A DNA stretch of 64,000 bases from an uncultured Candidatus Saccharibacteria bacterium (lineage in GTDB: Bacteria > Patescibacteriota > Minisyncoccia > Phycocordibacterales > UBA9973), in NCBI GenBank assembly GCA_964532495.1, contig CAZHJZ010000001.1, forward strand, positions 44,644 through 108,643. The letters are read 5' to 3'. A program made the position numbers and the translations under genes. Of this stretch, positions 55,656 to 64,000 are shown piece after piece. Positions within the stretch are counted from its first letter, which is position 1; every line of letters starts with the position of its first letter. The notes under the pieces are model-generated. The model made no database searches, was not told the DNA's origin, and worked only from the letters and a program-made list of their open reading frames with translations.

Positions 55656-55946
55656 TTATTTATTTTGGCTCTGATCAAAGAAACCTTTGAGGTCGCTGTT
55701 CTGCCACGCTGAACTGAACGACTTGAACTGAGCCATATATGGCTGGAGGAAATAAAAAGCTCCTGCCGCCACACCGATCAACACCAGCCAATATACTACC
55801 TTGAAAGCTGAAGTCCATCGCTGGAGCCTGCGCATGCTGCGAAGCATCATATTGTTCTCCTTGGTTAATTCAAGAAGCTCAGTGACCTTTTGCTGCATTT
55901 CAGGTTCCATAAATGGCATCGTAGCATAAATGCCGTTATATTTCAA
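55656..55946 (-). CDS. hypothetical small membrane protein
   Basis: 96-aa ORF with one TM helix (VVYWLVLIGVAAGAFYFL). Confidence 0.4.
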   Translation of the reverse strand: MKYNGIYATMPFMEPEMQQKVTELLELTKENNMMLRSMRRLQRWTSAFKVVYWLVLIGVAAGAFYFLQPYMAQFKSFSSAWQNSDLKGFFDQSQNK

Positions 55947-56097
55947 TGCTGTCTACTCGGCAGGAATCTTCCTCTACGAAACACTACAGAGAGGCCAGTT
56001 AAACTGTACAAAGCCTAGCGTACAAGAGTTAAATTGATAAAGATATCTAACTCATACCACTCTTAGGCACAAGGATACACACATTACGATTAAACTG

Positions 56098-56169
56098 TGT
56101 CCCCACCAGGAATCGAACCTGGATCAGCTCGTTAGGAGTGAGCCGTTCTATCCATTAAACTACAGGGAC
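56098..56169 (-). tRNA. tRNA-Arg (anticodon CCT)
   Basis: Minus strand reads GTCCCTGTAGTTTAATGGATAGAACGGCTCACTCCTAACGAGCTGATCCAGGTTCGATTCCTGGTGGGGACA. The anticodon loop is CTCCTAA. The sequence closely resembles canonical bacterial tRNA-Arg(CCU). Confidence 0.85.
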
Positions 56170-56226
56170 AAAGCAAAAAGCACCAGTACGGTGCCTTTGC
56201 ATTCTAAACTATTTTGGCTTTTTTCT

Positions 56227-56466
56227 CTAGGCCGCGATTCCGAGAAGTTCGGCAATCTTTGGCTTGTTGAAGCCGATGATAACATCGTCTTCGATGCGGA
56301 TCACTGGAACGCCCATTTGGCCTGTCATGTCGATCATTTCAGCACGTGCTTCTTGGTTTGATGCAACATCGATGTCTTCAAATGCTACACCCTTTTCAGT
56401 GAAAAATTCCTTTGCCATATGGCAGAAATGGCAGGTTGGCGTTGAATAGATAGTTACTTTCTTCAT
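56227..56466 (-). CDS. glutaredoxin-like protein (thioredoxin fold, CxxC)
   Basis: MKKVTIYSTPTCHFCHMAKEFF with the CHFC active site. 79 aa. Confidence 0.75.
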   Translation of the reverse strand: MKKVTIYSTPTCHFCHMAKEFFTEKGVAFEDIDVASNQEARAEMIDMTGQMGVPVIRIEDDVIIGFNKPKIAELLGIAA

Positions 56467-56539
56467 AAGAATCGTCTCGCTTAATTACTAACTCTTATAG
56501 TATACCATTGCTGTCAATTTTATAAAAAGAAGCCGGTTT

Positions 56540-56932
56540 TTACTGCTTTTTGAACATTGAGGTAAAGGTCTGCCACCATGATTTCTTTTGGGCTACAGGC
56601 GTGGCAGGCGCTACAGACGCTGTGCGGCTGTTGTCTGTAATAACCACCAGACCCTCTCCAGGCTTGGCTGCACGGTATTTGTTTCGAATGGCCTCTTCTA
56701 CGCCAGCATCGGTATTTAACCTATCTATTTCGGCCTGAGTCTTTAATTCACTTTCTCGCAGCGTCAAAACCTCATATTGTGCGGTATTTGCGTTTGTTCT
56801 TGCTTCTTCCCTTTTCTGAAATACTGAAAATACAGAGAATCCGAGAAAGATCACAATAACACCAAGAACAAGCACGCCGAGCGGGCTGAACAAAAAATGC
56901 TTGAATTTTTTCCTCTTTTCAAAAGTAGCCAT
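56540..56932 (-). CDS. septum formation initiator (FtsB/DivIC-like) protein
   Basis: N-terminal TM helix, a coiled coil, and a C-terminal PGEGLVVI motif. 130 aa. Confidence 0.55.
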   Translation of the reverse strand: MATFEKRKKFKHFLFSPLGVLVLGVIVIFLGFSVFSVFQKREEARTNANTAQYEVLTLRESELKTQAEIDRLNTDAGVEEAIRNKYRAAKPGEGLVVITDNSRTASVAPATPVAQKKSWWQTFTSMFKKQ

Positions 56933-57276
56933 ATTGTGTATAGTGCTGTAGTCCTCACCGAGGCTATCAGCTTAACTATCATACGTTGTTACGTATGCTT
57001 TCGCAATTATGTTATTCAATCCAAAACACAAAAAGAAGATTCAGATCGTTTGGAGCATCGTCGTCGTACTCGTGATCGCTAGTATGATCCTTTTGTACCT
57101 TCCAAGTATCTTTAGATAACAGCACAAATAAAAAGCCGTCCGTAAGGGCGGTTTTTTATTTAATATATTCGGAGCAATTAACGTTCAGTGGAATTTTATT
57201 TCTAAGTGGCTGCACGACCCTGGTCGCAGAATTTTAGAAGTACCACGCCGGTCGCGACAGCCTGCCTATCGGCAGG

Positions 57277-59088
57277 TTATTCTTCCCCGTTTCGCATCAT
57301 TTTGAGAAACACTTCATGTGGTATAGACAATTTAGCTGTCTCCCGCATCTTCTTCTTACCTCGCTTCTGCTTTTCCAAGAGTTTTTTCTTTCGTGAGATG
57401 TCTCCTCCTCCGACAACTTTTGAACCGTGCATCAGCACGTCTTTACGGAATGCTTTAATAGTCTGGGATGACATAATACGGCCAAGTGCGACCGCCTGTA
57501 CTTTCATTTCAAATTGCTGACGAGGGAAAATGGCGTGGAGTTTTTCTACGGCTTGCTGAGCTTCAGTTTCAGCGCGCTTGCGAGAGATGACGCGTACAAA
57601 CGCAGGAACTACTTCGTTCGCAATAATGATATCCATTCGAGTAACATCAGCATCACGAAGCTCTCCGATTTCGTATGAGATAGAAGCATACCCCGAAGTG
57701 GCGCTTTTTAGCTCGTCAAAGAAATTGCGCATCATTTCTCGAAGCGGCATTTTGAGATTGAGAGCTGAACGGTTATCACCGAAGTTTTCGGTGTCGCCGA
57801 TCTCAGCTTCATGGTCGTAAAGCAAGGGCATCAGACCGGTAAGGTAATTTGCCGGCGTAATAATCTTGATCGAAACCCATGGCTCGCGAACTTTGGCAAT
57901 CACGCCATCATCGGGAAACATGTGGGGAGAATAGATAACATCTTTCTTGCCGTTTCGATATTCAACATAGTATGTGATAGACGGAGTGGTAATGACGAGT
58001 TCAAGATTGAATTCTCGCTTCAAGCGCTCAGTAATGATTTCCAAATGCAGCATACCCAGGAATCCGCAGCGAAAACCGCGGCCGAGAGATCCGGACGATT
58101 CTTCTTCATATGAAAATGCAGAGTCAGAAAGTTTCAATCGGCTGAGCGCGAGCTTGAGTCCCGGAAAATCATCCTGGCTTTCTGGATACACAGAAGCCCA
58201 CACAACTGGGCGTGGCTGCATGTACCCTGGAAGTTCAGGAAGCGGTCGCTTTGATGAAATGATCGTATCACCGACTGAGGCAATACCCGGCTTTTTAATA
58301 CCAGTAACAATATAGCCAATCTCGCCTACCATGAGTTTGTCTTTTGGAGATTCTGCCGGAGCAAAAATACCGACTTCGAGCGCTTGGAATTCTTCATTCG
58401 AAACAGCAAACTTCAGATAGTCGCCTCGTTTAACAGCGCCGTCAAAAAGACGCGTGTACACGATAACTCCGCGGTGATCATCATATTTGAAGTCAAAGAC
58501 AAGTGAACGAAGTGCGTCAGTATGCTCAGCTTCTGCTGGCGGCGGAATGCGAGTGATCACTGCTTTTAAGAGTTCGTCTACACCCTGCCCCGTCTTTCCA
58601 GAAACTTCCAATACTTCGTCAGGATCAATATTCAACAGAGCGGCGATTTCAAGCTTAGTTTCGTCGATGCGCGCAAGCGGTGAATCCACTTTCGAAAGGA
58701 CTGGGATAATCACAAGGCCCGTCTCGCGAGCCATACCGAGCGTGGTAAGCGTTTGCGCCTGAACTCCTTGAGTAGAGTCAACCAGGAGAATAGAGCCTTC
58801 CACAGCCTTGAGAGCGCGCGAAACTTCATATGAAAAGTCGATGTGTCCTGGCGTATCAATGAGGTTGAGAACATAATTTTCTCCGCCGCTTGCGTACTGC
58901 ATGCGCACGGGCTGCATCTTGATCGTGATGCCGCGCTCGCGTTCAAGTTCCATGTTATCCAAAACCTGGTTCATCATTTTTCGTTTTTCGATTGTTCCCG
59001 TGATCTCAAGCATGCGGTCAGCCAGTGTGGACTTGCCGTGGTCGATATGGGCGATGATTGAGAAATTGCGGATGTGAGTTACCTCCAT
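57277..59088 (-). CDS. lepA: elongation factor 4 (LepA)
   Basis: IRNFSIIAHIDHGKSTLADRML, DTPGHIDFSYEV, and a LepA-specific C-terminal domain. 603 aa. Confidence 0.9.
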   Translation of the reverse strand: MEVTHIRNFSIIAHIDHGKSTLADRMLEITGTIEKRKMMNQVLDNMELERERGITIKMQPVRMQYASGGENYVLNLIDTPGHIDFSYEVSRALKAVEGSILLVDSTQGVQAQTLTTLGMARETGLVIIPVLSKVDSPLARIDETKLEIAALLNIDPDEVLEVSGKTGQGVDELLKAVITRIPPPAEAEHTDALRSLVFDFKYDDHRGVIVYTRLFDGAVKRGDYLKFAVSNEEFQALEVGIFAPAESPKDKLMVGEIGYIVTGIKKPGIASVGDTIISSKRPLPELPGYMQPRPVVWASVYPESQDDFPGLKLALSRLKLSDSAFSYEEESSGSLGRGFRCGFLGMLHLEIITERLKREFNLELVITTPSITYYVEYRNGKKDVIYSPHMFPDDGVIAKVREPWVSIKIITPANYLTGLMPLLYDHEAEIGDTENFGDNRSALNLKMPLREMMRNFFDELKSATSGYASISYEIGELRDADVTRMDIIIANEVVPAFVRVISRKRAETEAQQAVEKLHAIFPRQQFEMKVQAVALGRIMSSQTIKAFRKDVLMHGSKVVGGGDISRKKKLLEKQKRGKKKMRETAKLSIPHEVFLKMMRNGEE

Positions 59089-59191
59089 GTGGTCTACTAT
59101 AGCAAAAAACGTTGAAAAAGCTAGGTATTTGGTAAAAAAATAAACCGGGGACGCAAAGGTCCTCGGTTTTTCAAGTTTATAAATTAAATTA

Positions 59192-59797
59192 TTATTCTAC
59201 AGCTGCAAAGCCTGTAGGCTGATGGTGGCTATGGCGGTCCAACGGCGAATAATGAAAATCAATTTCATAGTGATCGCCATGTTCCAGTTCATACTCCATA
59301 TAAATGCAATAAATCCTGCCGTTATCCAAAACCCAACCAAGTATAATGCGCACTTCCTTTTCACCTTCGGGAATCTGCAGCAGTTTTCTTCCTTCTTCAG
59401 TTGTGGCTAAAAACTGTATGTTCGCCCTAATTTCTGCAGCAGTGGAAGTACGAACAACCGGCAACCTTTTTATAAGCATGCGGTCATACAAAGTCACGGC
59501 CTTACGTTCTGGTTTTGGATCTTCCTTAATCTGAAAGTACATGTAGTTCTTTTCAGTATTAAAAAAATTTTCACCAAGCGTATCCATGAGCGCCTGAAAT
59601 CTGGCATCAATGTTTCTGTGTTCTGGTTTAATTTCGGGAAACAAATGAGACAAGTCGGTTTTACCATTTTGTGCAGGGCGACTCAGCATTGCGAGCGATC
59701 CCGGTATATAGGTTGTTCCTTCGTTATTTGTTTCATTTTCGAATTGTTGCAATATATCAGTTTTCATACAAAATAAGGGTTTAGTTATGTAATGCAA
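59192..59797 (-). CDS. hypothetical protein
   Basis: 201-aa ORF. The start is possibly the internal MKTDIL. No family assigned. Confidence 0.45.
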   Translation of the reverse strand: MHYITKPLFCMKTDILQQFENETNNEGTTYIPGSLAMLSRPAQNGKTDLSHLFPEIKPEHRNIDARFQALMDTLGENFFNTEKNYMYFQIKEDPKPERKAVTLYDRMLIKRLPVVRTSTAAEIRANIQFLATTEEGRKLLQIPEGEKEVRIILGWVLDNGRIYCIYMEYELEHGDHYEIDFHYSPLDRHSHHQPTGFAAVE

Positions 59798-59862
59798 AAC
59801 CCGCGAAACTTTCCCGGACTTAGCATTACATAACTTTTTTTAAAGAAAAATACTCACGCACA

Positions 59863-59892
59863 TTAGCATGAGTATCTAGACTTGTCAAACAA
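59863..59892 (-). terminator. rho-independent terminator of the ABC exporter gene
   Basis: Minus strand reads ATACTCA-tgctaatgtgcg-TGAGTAT followed by TTTTTCTTT. Confidence 0.55.
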
Positions 59893-59895
59893 AGC

Positions 59896-61653
59896 TTATT
59901 CAATAAATCCCCCACTCTGATGCTCCCATAAATCCGCATAAATTCCCTTTTTTCTAAGCAATTGCTTATGAGTTCCTTCTTCAGCCACTGCCCCGCTATC
60001 AAGCACGATAATGCGATCCATCTTTTGAATGGTGCTTAGTCGGTGCGCAATAACAATTGTCGTTTTCCCTTTCATGAGTTCGTCGAACGCTTGCTGGATA
60101 TATGATTCGCTTACGCTATCAAGCGAACTTGTAGCTTCGTCGAGAACAAGGATCGGCGCATTCTTGAGCATTGCTCGGGCAATTGCGACTCGCTGGCGTT
60201 CGCCTCCTGAGAGTTTGACGCCGCGCTCGCCCACCATAGTGTCATATCCTTTTGGTAGCGAAGAAATAAATTCATGAGCGTGAGCTTTTTGCGCCGCTGA
60301 AATAATTTCTTCATCAGTCGCGTTTGGCTTTCCATAGGCGATATTTTCTTTGATCGAACGGTGGAACAATATTGATTCTTGAGGCACATAGGAAATAACG
60401 CCGCGCAGATCATCCTGAGTCACGTTTCGAATGTCCTGTCCGTCTACCGTAATGCTGCCTCCTGATACGTCTGCGAACCGGAGGAGCAGTTTTGTAATGG
60501 TTGATTTGCCCGCGCCTGAATGTCCGACAAGGCCGATGCGTTCGCCCGGTTTTACGTCAAGATTGAAATTCGTAAAGACATCAGCGTTACCCTCGTAGTT
60601 AAACGATACTGCGTTGAAAGAAAGCTTGCCGTCATTCATCTGTAACTCTTCTGGCTTCTGGGGATCTAAGATATCCGGCACTGTATCAAAAATATCAACG
60701 ATCTCCTGCATTTCAGTGAGAGCCTTCATTAAGCGAGTGAGCGACTTGCCCAAGTTCCAGAGCTGGTCAAAGACGCTATCCATATAGAGCTGAACAAGCA
60801 CGATCAACCCAACTGTAACTTTTCCTTTTGACCACAGATACACAGACAAGAAAGTAACAGAACTGTACAAGAACACGGTCATAAAGCCTTGAAAAAGATT
60901 TTGCCAGTTTGCGAATCCCCATGCGCGGTCACGTTTCGCCTTTTCGTGCTCGGTTACCTCGGCAAACATTTTCATCTCGCGATGTTTAGCTGAAAATAGT
61001 TTGACATTCATTATGTTTACGAACGCATCAGCATAGCTTCCTGTTACCGTTGAATCTGCTTCCGCTTCAAGGATATCAAACTTAATTTTTCTGCGGATAA
61101 ACGCGATCGTAATGCAAACATAGAGGAAGATCCAGCAAAATAGAAAAAGTGCGATCGGCGGCGCCTGCCAGAATAAAATGACAAAAATACCGACAAGCTC
61201 GACTGAAGCAAACCAGATGTTGTAGACGAACAGATCATGAGCATTTTCAAATGAGCGGCTAAAACGCTTTGCCTTGGCAACCAATCCTCCGGTGAAATTA
61301 TTGCTGAAGAAATGATATGAGTGGTCGAGGAGCGTAGCAAATGAAAAACGATGGAGCTCGCGTATGGTATTGCTCTGGAAATACGTCATGGCAAAATCAG
61401 CCGTTCGATAAAAGAAGTTGTAGATAAAACGAACGCCAATCGCAATAAAGACGAGGGTAAAAATAGACTTGAGCGTCACCTGCCCGCTCGGAAAAGCCGA
61501 GATGGAATCAATGATCTGCTTGTAGATAAGCGGATTGAGGATATTTGATAAAATAATGCCCATTGCATATCCTCCAAAGACAAGCAGAAAAGACCACTTG
61601 AACTTTTTTATCTGCGGCCAAAGGTATTTCCAGATTTTGCTGAAAGAAAACAT
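59896..61653 (-). CDS. ABC transporter, fused permease/ATP-binding (MsbA-like exporter)
   Basis: Six-TM N-terminal domain. Walker A GHSGAGKSTI, signature LSGGERQRVAIARAM, and Walker B ILVLDEATSSLD. 585 aa. Confidence 0.85.
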   Translation of the reverse strand: MFSFSKIWKYLWPQIKKFKWSFLLVFGGYAMGIILSNILNPLIYKQIIDSISAFPSGQVTLKSIFTLVFIAIGVRFIYNFFYRTADFAMTYFQSNTIRELHRFSFATLLDHSYHFFSNNFTGGLVAKAKRFSRSFENAHDLFVYNIWFASVELVGIFVILFWQAPPIALFLFCWIFLYVCITIAFIRRKIKFDILEAEADSTVTGSYADAFVNIMNVKLFSAKHREMKMFAEVTEHEKAKRDRAWGFANWQNLFQGFMTVFLYSSVTFLSVYLWSKGKVTVGLIVLVQLYMDSVFDQLWNLGKSLTRLMKALTEMQEIVDIFDTVPDILDPQKPEELQMNDGKLSFNAVSFNYEGNADVFTNFNLDVKPGERIGLVGHSGAGKSTITKLLLRFADVSGGSITVDGQDIRNVTQDDLRGVISYVPQESILFHRSIKENIAYGKPNATDEEIISAAQKAHAHEFISSLPKGYDTMVGERGVKLSGGERQRVAIARAMLKNAPILVLDEATSSLDSVSESYIQQAFDELMKGKTTIVIAHRLSTIQKMDRIIVLDSGAVAEEGTHKQLLRKKGIYADLWEHQSGGFIE

Positions 61654-61688
61654 GATGGAAGTCTAGCAAGAAACCTTGCAAATTCAAA

Positions 61689-63371
61689 TTATTCGAAACT
61701 TTCCTGACCAGGGATGATGACGTCGGATTTCCAGAATCGAGAGTGGATTGCTTTTGAGAACGTAGCCAATTCCTCGCTGCCCATAAGATATAGTACTGAT
61801 ACCGCACAAGCGAATCCCACCACTCCTGCCACTACTACTTGTATAAATACGCCGATAAATGTATTTGTTACCATCGGATCGCCTAGAACAAACAAAGTGG
61901 CATACGAAGCAATGCCGAGGACGATAGCGCCGATAAGCGATGTCCACACTGTCTTCCAGAGCGTGCGAAGAATGTGCGCACCGAAATCAATGCGGAAGAA
62001 AAACCAGAATAAGAATAAGCTTACAAACTGTCCGACGCTGTATGCAATGCCGAGCCCAATAACTGAGATATTCATGACGCCGACGAGACGGAGTGCTGTT
62101 CGGGTAACCGTTGCCGTGTCAGTGTTGCTACCGGTATGAGTAAGGAAATACGCGAGCGCGCAGGTCACGACACCGCCAACGAGCGTAAGCACGAATGGTT
62201 TCGCCGTTTTTCCTGATGCATAGTAGGCGCGTACAAAGACAAGCGACAAGCTCTGGGCAACGATACCGAGCGCAAGGACTGCGAAGAGTGCCGCCGTAAC
62301 ACGAGTATCGTTCCACGTGAGCGCTTGAGTTCCATACACGATGCGTACGATATGCGCGCGCATTACAATGAAGAACGCTGTAATCGGCAATGACCAGAAG
62401 ATAATCTGCTGCGACGCAGAGCGTATCAGTCCCAAAAATTCTTCCGTCTTCCCTGCTGTAAATTTTTCAACAAGACTTGGAAACGCTGCGATCGCATATG
62501 ACACGCTAATCATTTGAATAGGAACTGTCTGGAGATTGAGTGCGAAGGTAAGGATGGAAATGCTGCCCGAAGAAAGACCAGACGCGATCGCAGTAAGCAC
62601 CAGCGTGATAATCGTACTCATGGCAAGCGTGAGCGTGCGAGGAAGCGCGATCTCGATAATAGTCCAAAGCTCTCTCCAGTTTATTTCTGTCGTAAGGCGC
62701 GGCAAGAATTTTAACTGCGCTACTGTCGGCAGCTGAATTCCTAAGTGCAAGATCGCTCCAATAACAACACCGTATGCCAATCCGTACAAGCCAAAGATCG
62801 GATACAGTACGAATACTCCGAAGACAATACCCAAATTGTACATGACAGGAGCGAGTGCATACACAAAGAATTTTTTATGCATTTGGACTACGCTACCAAG
62901 CAGATTCTGCAAGCCGAGTATGATTGGAGACAGGAGCATTATGCGGCTCATCGTTACGAGCATGGATATTCCCTCAGGAGGAAATCCCGGAGCGACGATA
63001 TGCGCAATCCAAGGCATGGCAAGAGCCAATACCAAACACACCGCGCACATAGCAAAAAGAAATGCGGTAAACACGCGATTCATAAACGCCTGCGCTATTT
63101 CATGTCCGCCTTTTTGATCTTTTTCAGCCAAGAATGGAATGATAGCAGTAACCGCAACAAGAGAAGCTAGTACCGTATACACAACATCTGGAACGCGAAA
63201 TGCCGCGTAATAAACATCGAGAGAAAGCGACGGACCTAAATGGGACACCAGTGCGCGATCACGAACCAAGCCAAGCAACTGCGATGTCAGTGAAAAAATA
63301 CCAAGCAAAAGAGCAGCTTCGTGAATATTGCTGTATTGCTTGCGTATTAAATCAAAGAGCCGTCGAACCAT
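61689..63371 (-). CDS. murJ: lipid II flippase MurJ/MviN
   Basis: MurJ-like N-terminus (LLLGIFSLTSQLLGLVRDRALVSHLG...) with about 14 TM segments. 560 aa. Confidence 0.85.
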   Translation of the reverse strand: MVRRLFDLIRKQYSNIHEAALLLGIFSLTSQLLGLVRDRALVSHLGPSLSLDVYYAAFRVPDVVYTVLASLVAVTAIIPFLAEKDQKGGHEIAQAFMNRVFTAFLFAMCAVCLVLALAMPWIAHIVAPGFPPEGISMLVTMSRIMLLSPIILGLQNLLGSVVQMHKKFFVYALAPVMYNLGIVFGVFVLYPIFGLYGLAYGVVIGAILHLGIQLPTVAQLKFLPRLTTEINWRELWTIIEIALPRTLTLAMSTIITLVLTAIASGLSSGSISILTFALNLQTVPIQMISVSYAIAAFPSLVEKFTAGKTEEFLGLIRSASQQIIFWSLPITAFFIVMRAHIVRIVYGTQALTWNDTRVTAALFAVLALGIVAQSLSLVFVRAYYASGKTAKPFVLTLVGGVVTCALAYFLTHTGSNTDTATVTRTALRLVGVMNISVIGLGIAYSVGQFVSLFLFWFFFRIDFGAHILRTLWKTVWTSLIGAIVLGIASYATLFVLGDPMVTNTFIGVFIQVVVAGVVGFACAVSVLYLMGSEELATFSKAIHSRFWKSDVIIPGQESFE

Positions 63372-63374
63372 GGC

Positions 63375-64000
63375 TTATTTTGTTTTAGGCTTCTGAGTTG
63401 TTATTTCGCCCGCTTTTTTGGGAGCATCTTTCGAAGCAGGAGTTTCTTCTGGGATTGGAGAAATATCTGTCTGCATTCCATCAAGTGGAGCCCTGCCTGC
63501 ATTTAAGTTAGCGACAATTTTAGCAATTGTTTCATTTTCTGGAAGCGCTTTTTGAATTGAATTGAAAATATTTTTCGCGCTTTCCACGTTGCCAACTTTA
63601 AAGTACGCCAAGCCGAGGACATAATAGGTATTCAATACTGTTCTATCAAGGGTAACTGAGCGCTCGAGCGCGGAAACTGCTCCAGCGTAATCTCCTGCAT
63701 CATACTTGAAAACGCCTAGTTTAAAGAAAACCACAGCATTGCGAGAATCTGAACTTGCGAGTTGTTCAAGCTGCGCGATAGCGGTTGCGCTATCCCCCGC
63801 TGCTGCCTCGATCTCTGCAAGGAGAAAGATTCCATCAAGGAAATTAGGCTTCTTAACAAGTGCGGCTTGAATTATTTCTTTTGCTCCGCTGTTATTCTTG
63901 TTAGCAATTTCGAGCTTTGCTTTTAATAGCTCGATATCAGGATTGAACGGAGCAAGATCGGATGCTTTTTTCAAAGCAACCTTGGCATTATCATATGCGC
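63375..64000 (-). CDS. TPR-repeat protein, 5' part beyond the window end (partial)
   Basis: TPR-like repeats (AIAQLEQLASSD..., AVSALERSVTLD...). The reading frame stays open to position 64000. Confidence 0.55.
   Translation of the reverse strand, partial: AYDNAKVALKKASDLAPFNPDIELLKAKLEIANKNNSGAKEIIQAALVKKPNFLDGIFLLAEIEAAAGDSATAIAQLEQLASSDSRNAVVFFKLGVFKYDAGDYAGAVSALERSVTLDRTVLNTYYVLGLAYFKVGNVESAKNIFNSIQKALPENETIAKIVANLNAGRAPLDGMQTDISPIPEETPASKDAPKKAGEITTQKPKTK

Noticed and set aside
55947-56097. A 150-nt gap between tRNA-Arg and the small membrane-protein gene, considered as a possible ncRNA (4.5S/SRP, 6S)
   Set aside because: Only short local hairpins (CCTCT...AGAGG, AGGAA..TTCCT) are present, and I recognise no conserved SRP or 6S motifs. 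It would need cmscan to exclude.
1-64000. CRISPR arrays, transposases, integrases, phage genes and rRNA operons
   Set aside because: No regularly spaced direct repeats and no recognisable mobile-element or rRNA sequence were found anywhere in the window.

Overview
The window reads as a low-GC, gene-dense bacterial chromosome segment. Most genes are small, about 90% sit on the minus strand, and many are hypothetical membrane or secreted proteins. That style fits a reduced-genome (Candidate Phyla Radiation / Patescibacteria-like) organism, but the assignment is an inference; no taxonomy can be read from the sequence. Positions 1-35,000 and 55,500-64,000 carry recognisable housekeeping genes: rpmA, rplI, ctpA, rsmI, metK with a SAM-I riboswitch leader, mpg, ychF, a family-4 UDG, uvrB, galE, tgt, mreBC, proS, ndh, an ECF sigma factor with a DUF5667 partner, tRNA-Phe, tRNA-Arg, glutaredoxin, lepA, an MsbA-like ABC exporter and murJ. 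The unusual part is about 35.7-55.5 kb. A membrane-anchored lamin-tail-domain protein is followed by a 1011-aa VirD4/TraG-like P-loop ATPase fused to a zinc ribbon, a proline-rich linker and a long E/K coiled coil. Then comes a co-directional operon of seven tandem paralogous cysteine-rich proteins (549-627 aa, N- and C-terminal 4-Cys zinc ribbons, repeated C-x2-C clusters, conserved CYQKEVL tail) with 0-9 nt intergenic gaps. A second, shorter paralog of the ATPase closes the cluster. The operon and the second ATPase have near-leaderless promoters with TGn-extended -10 boxes, and a perfect 14-bp palindrome sits between divergent promoters. I do not recognise the cysteine-rich family and regard this locus as the best candidate for a previously undescribed system (translocation or surface function, hypothesis only). 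Other notable items are a tandem duplicate gene pair with duplicated promoters, a zeta-toxin-like kinase with a 57-aa upstream ORF, a ParB-like two-gene module that looks lower in GC, and a histone-H1-like AKP-rich protein. No CRISPR array, transposase, integrase or rRNA was seen.
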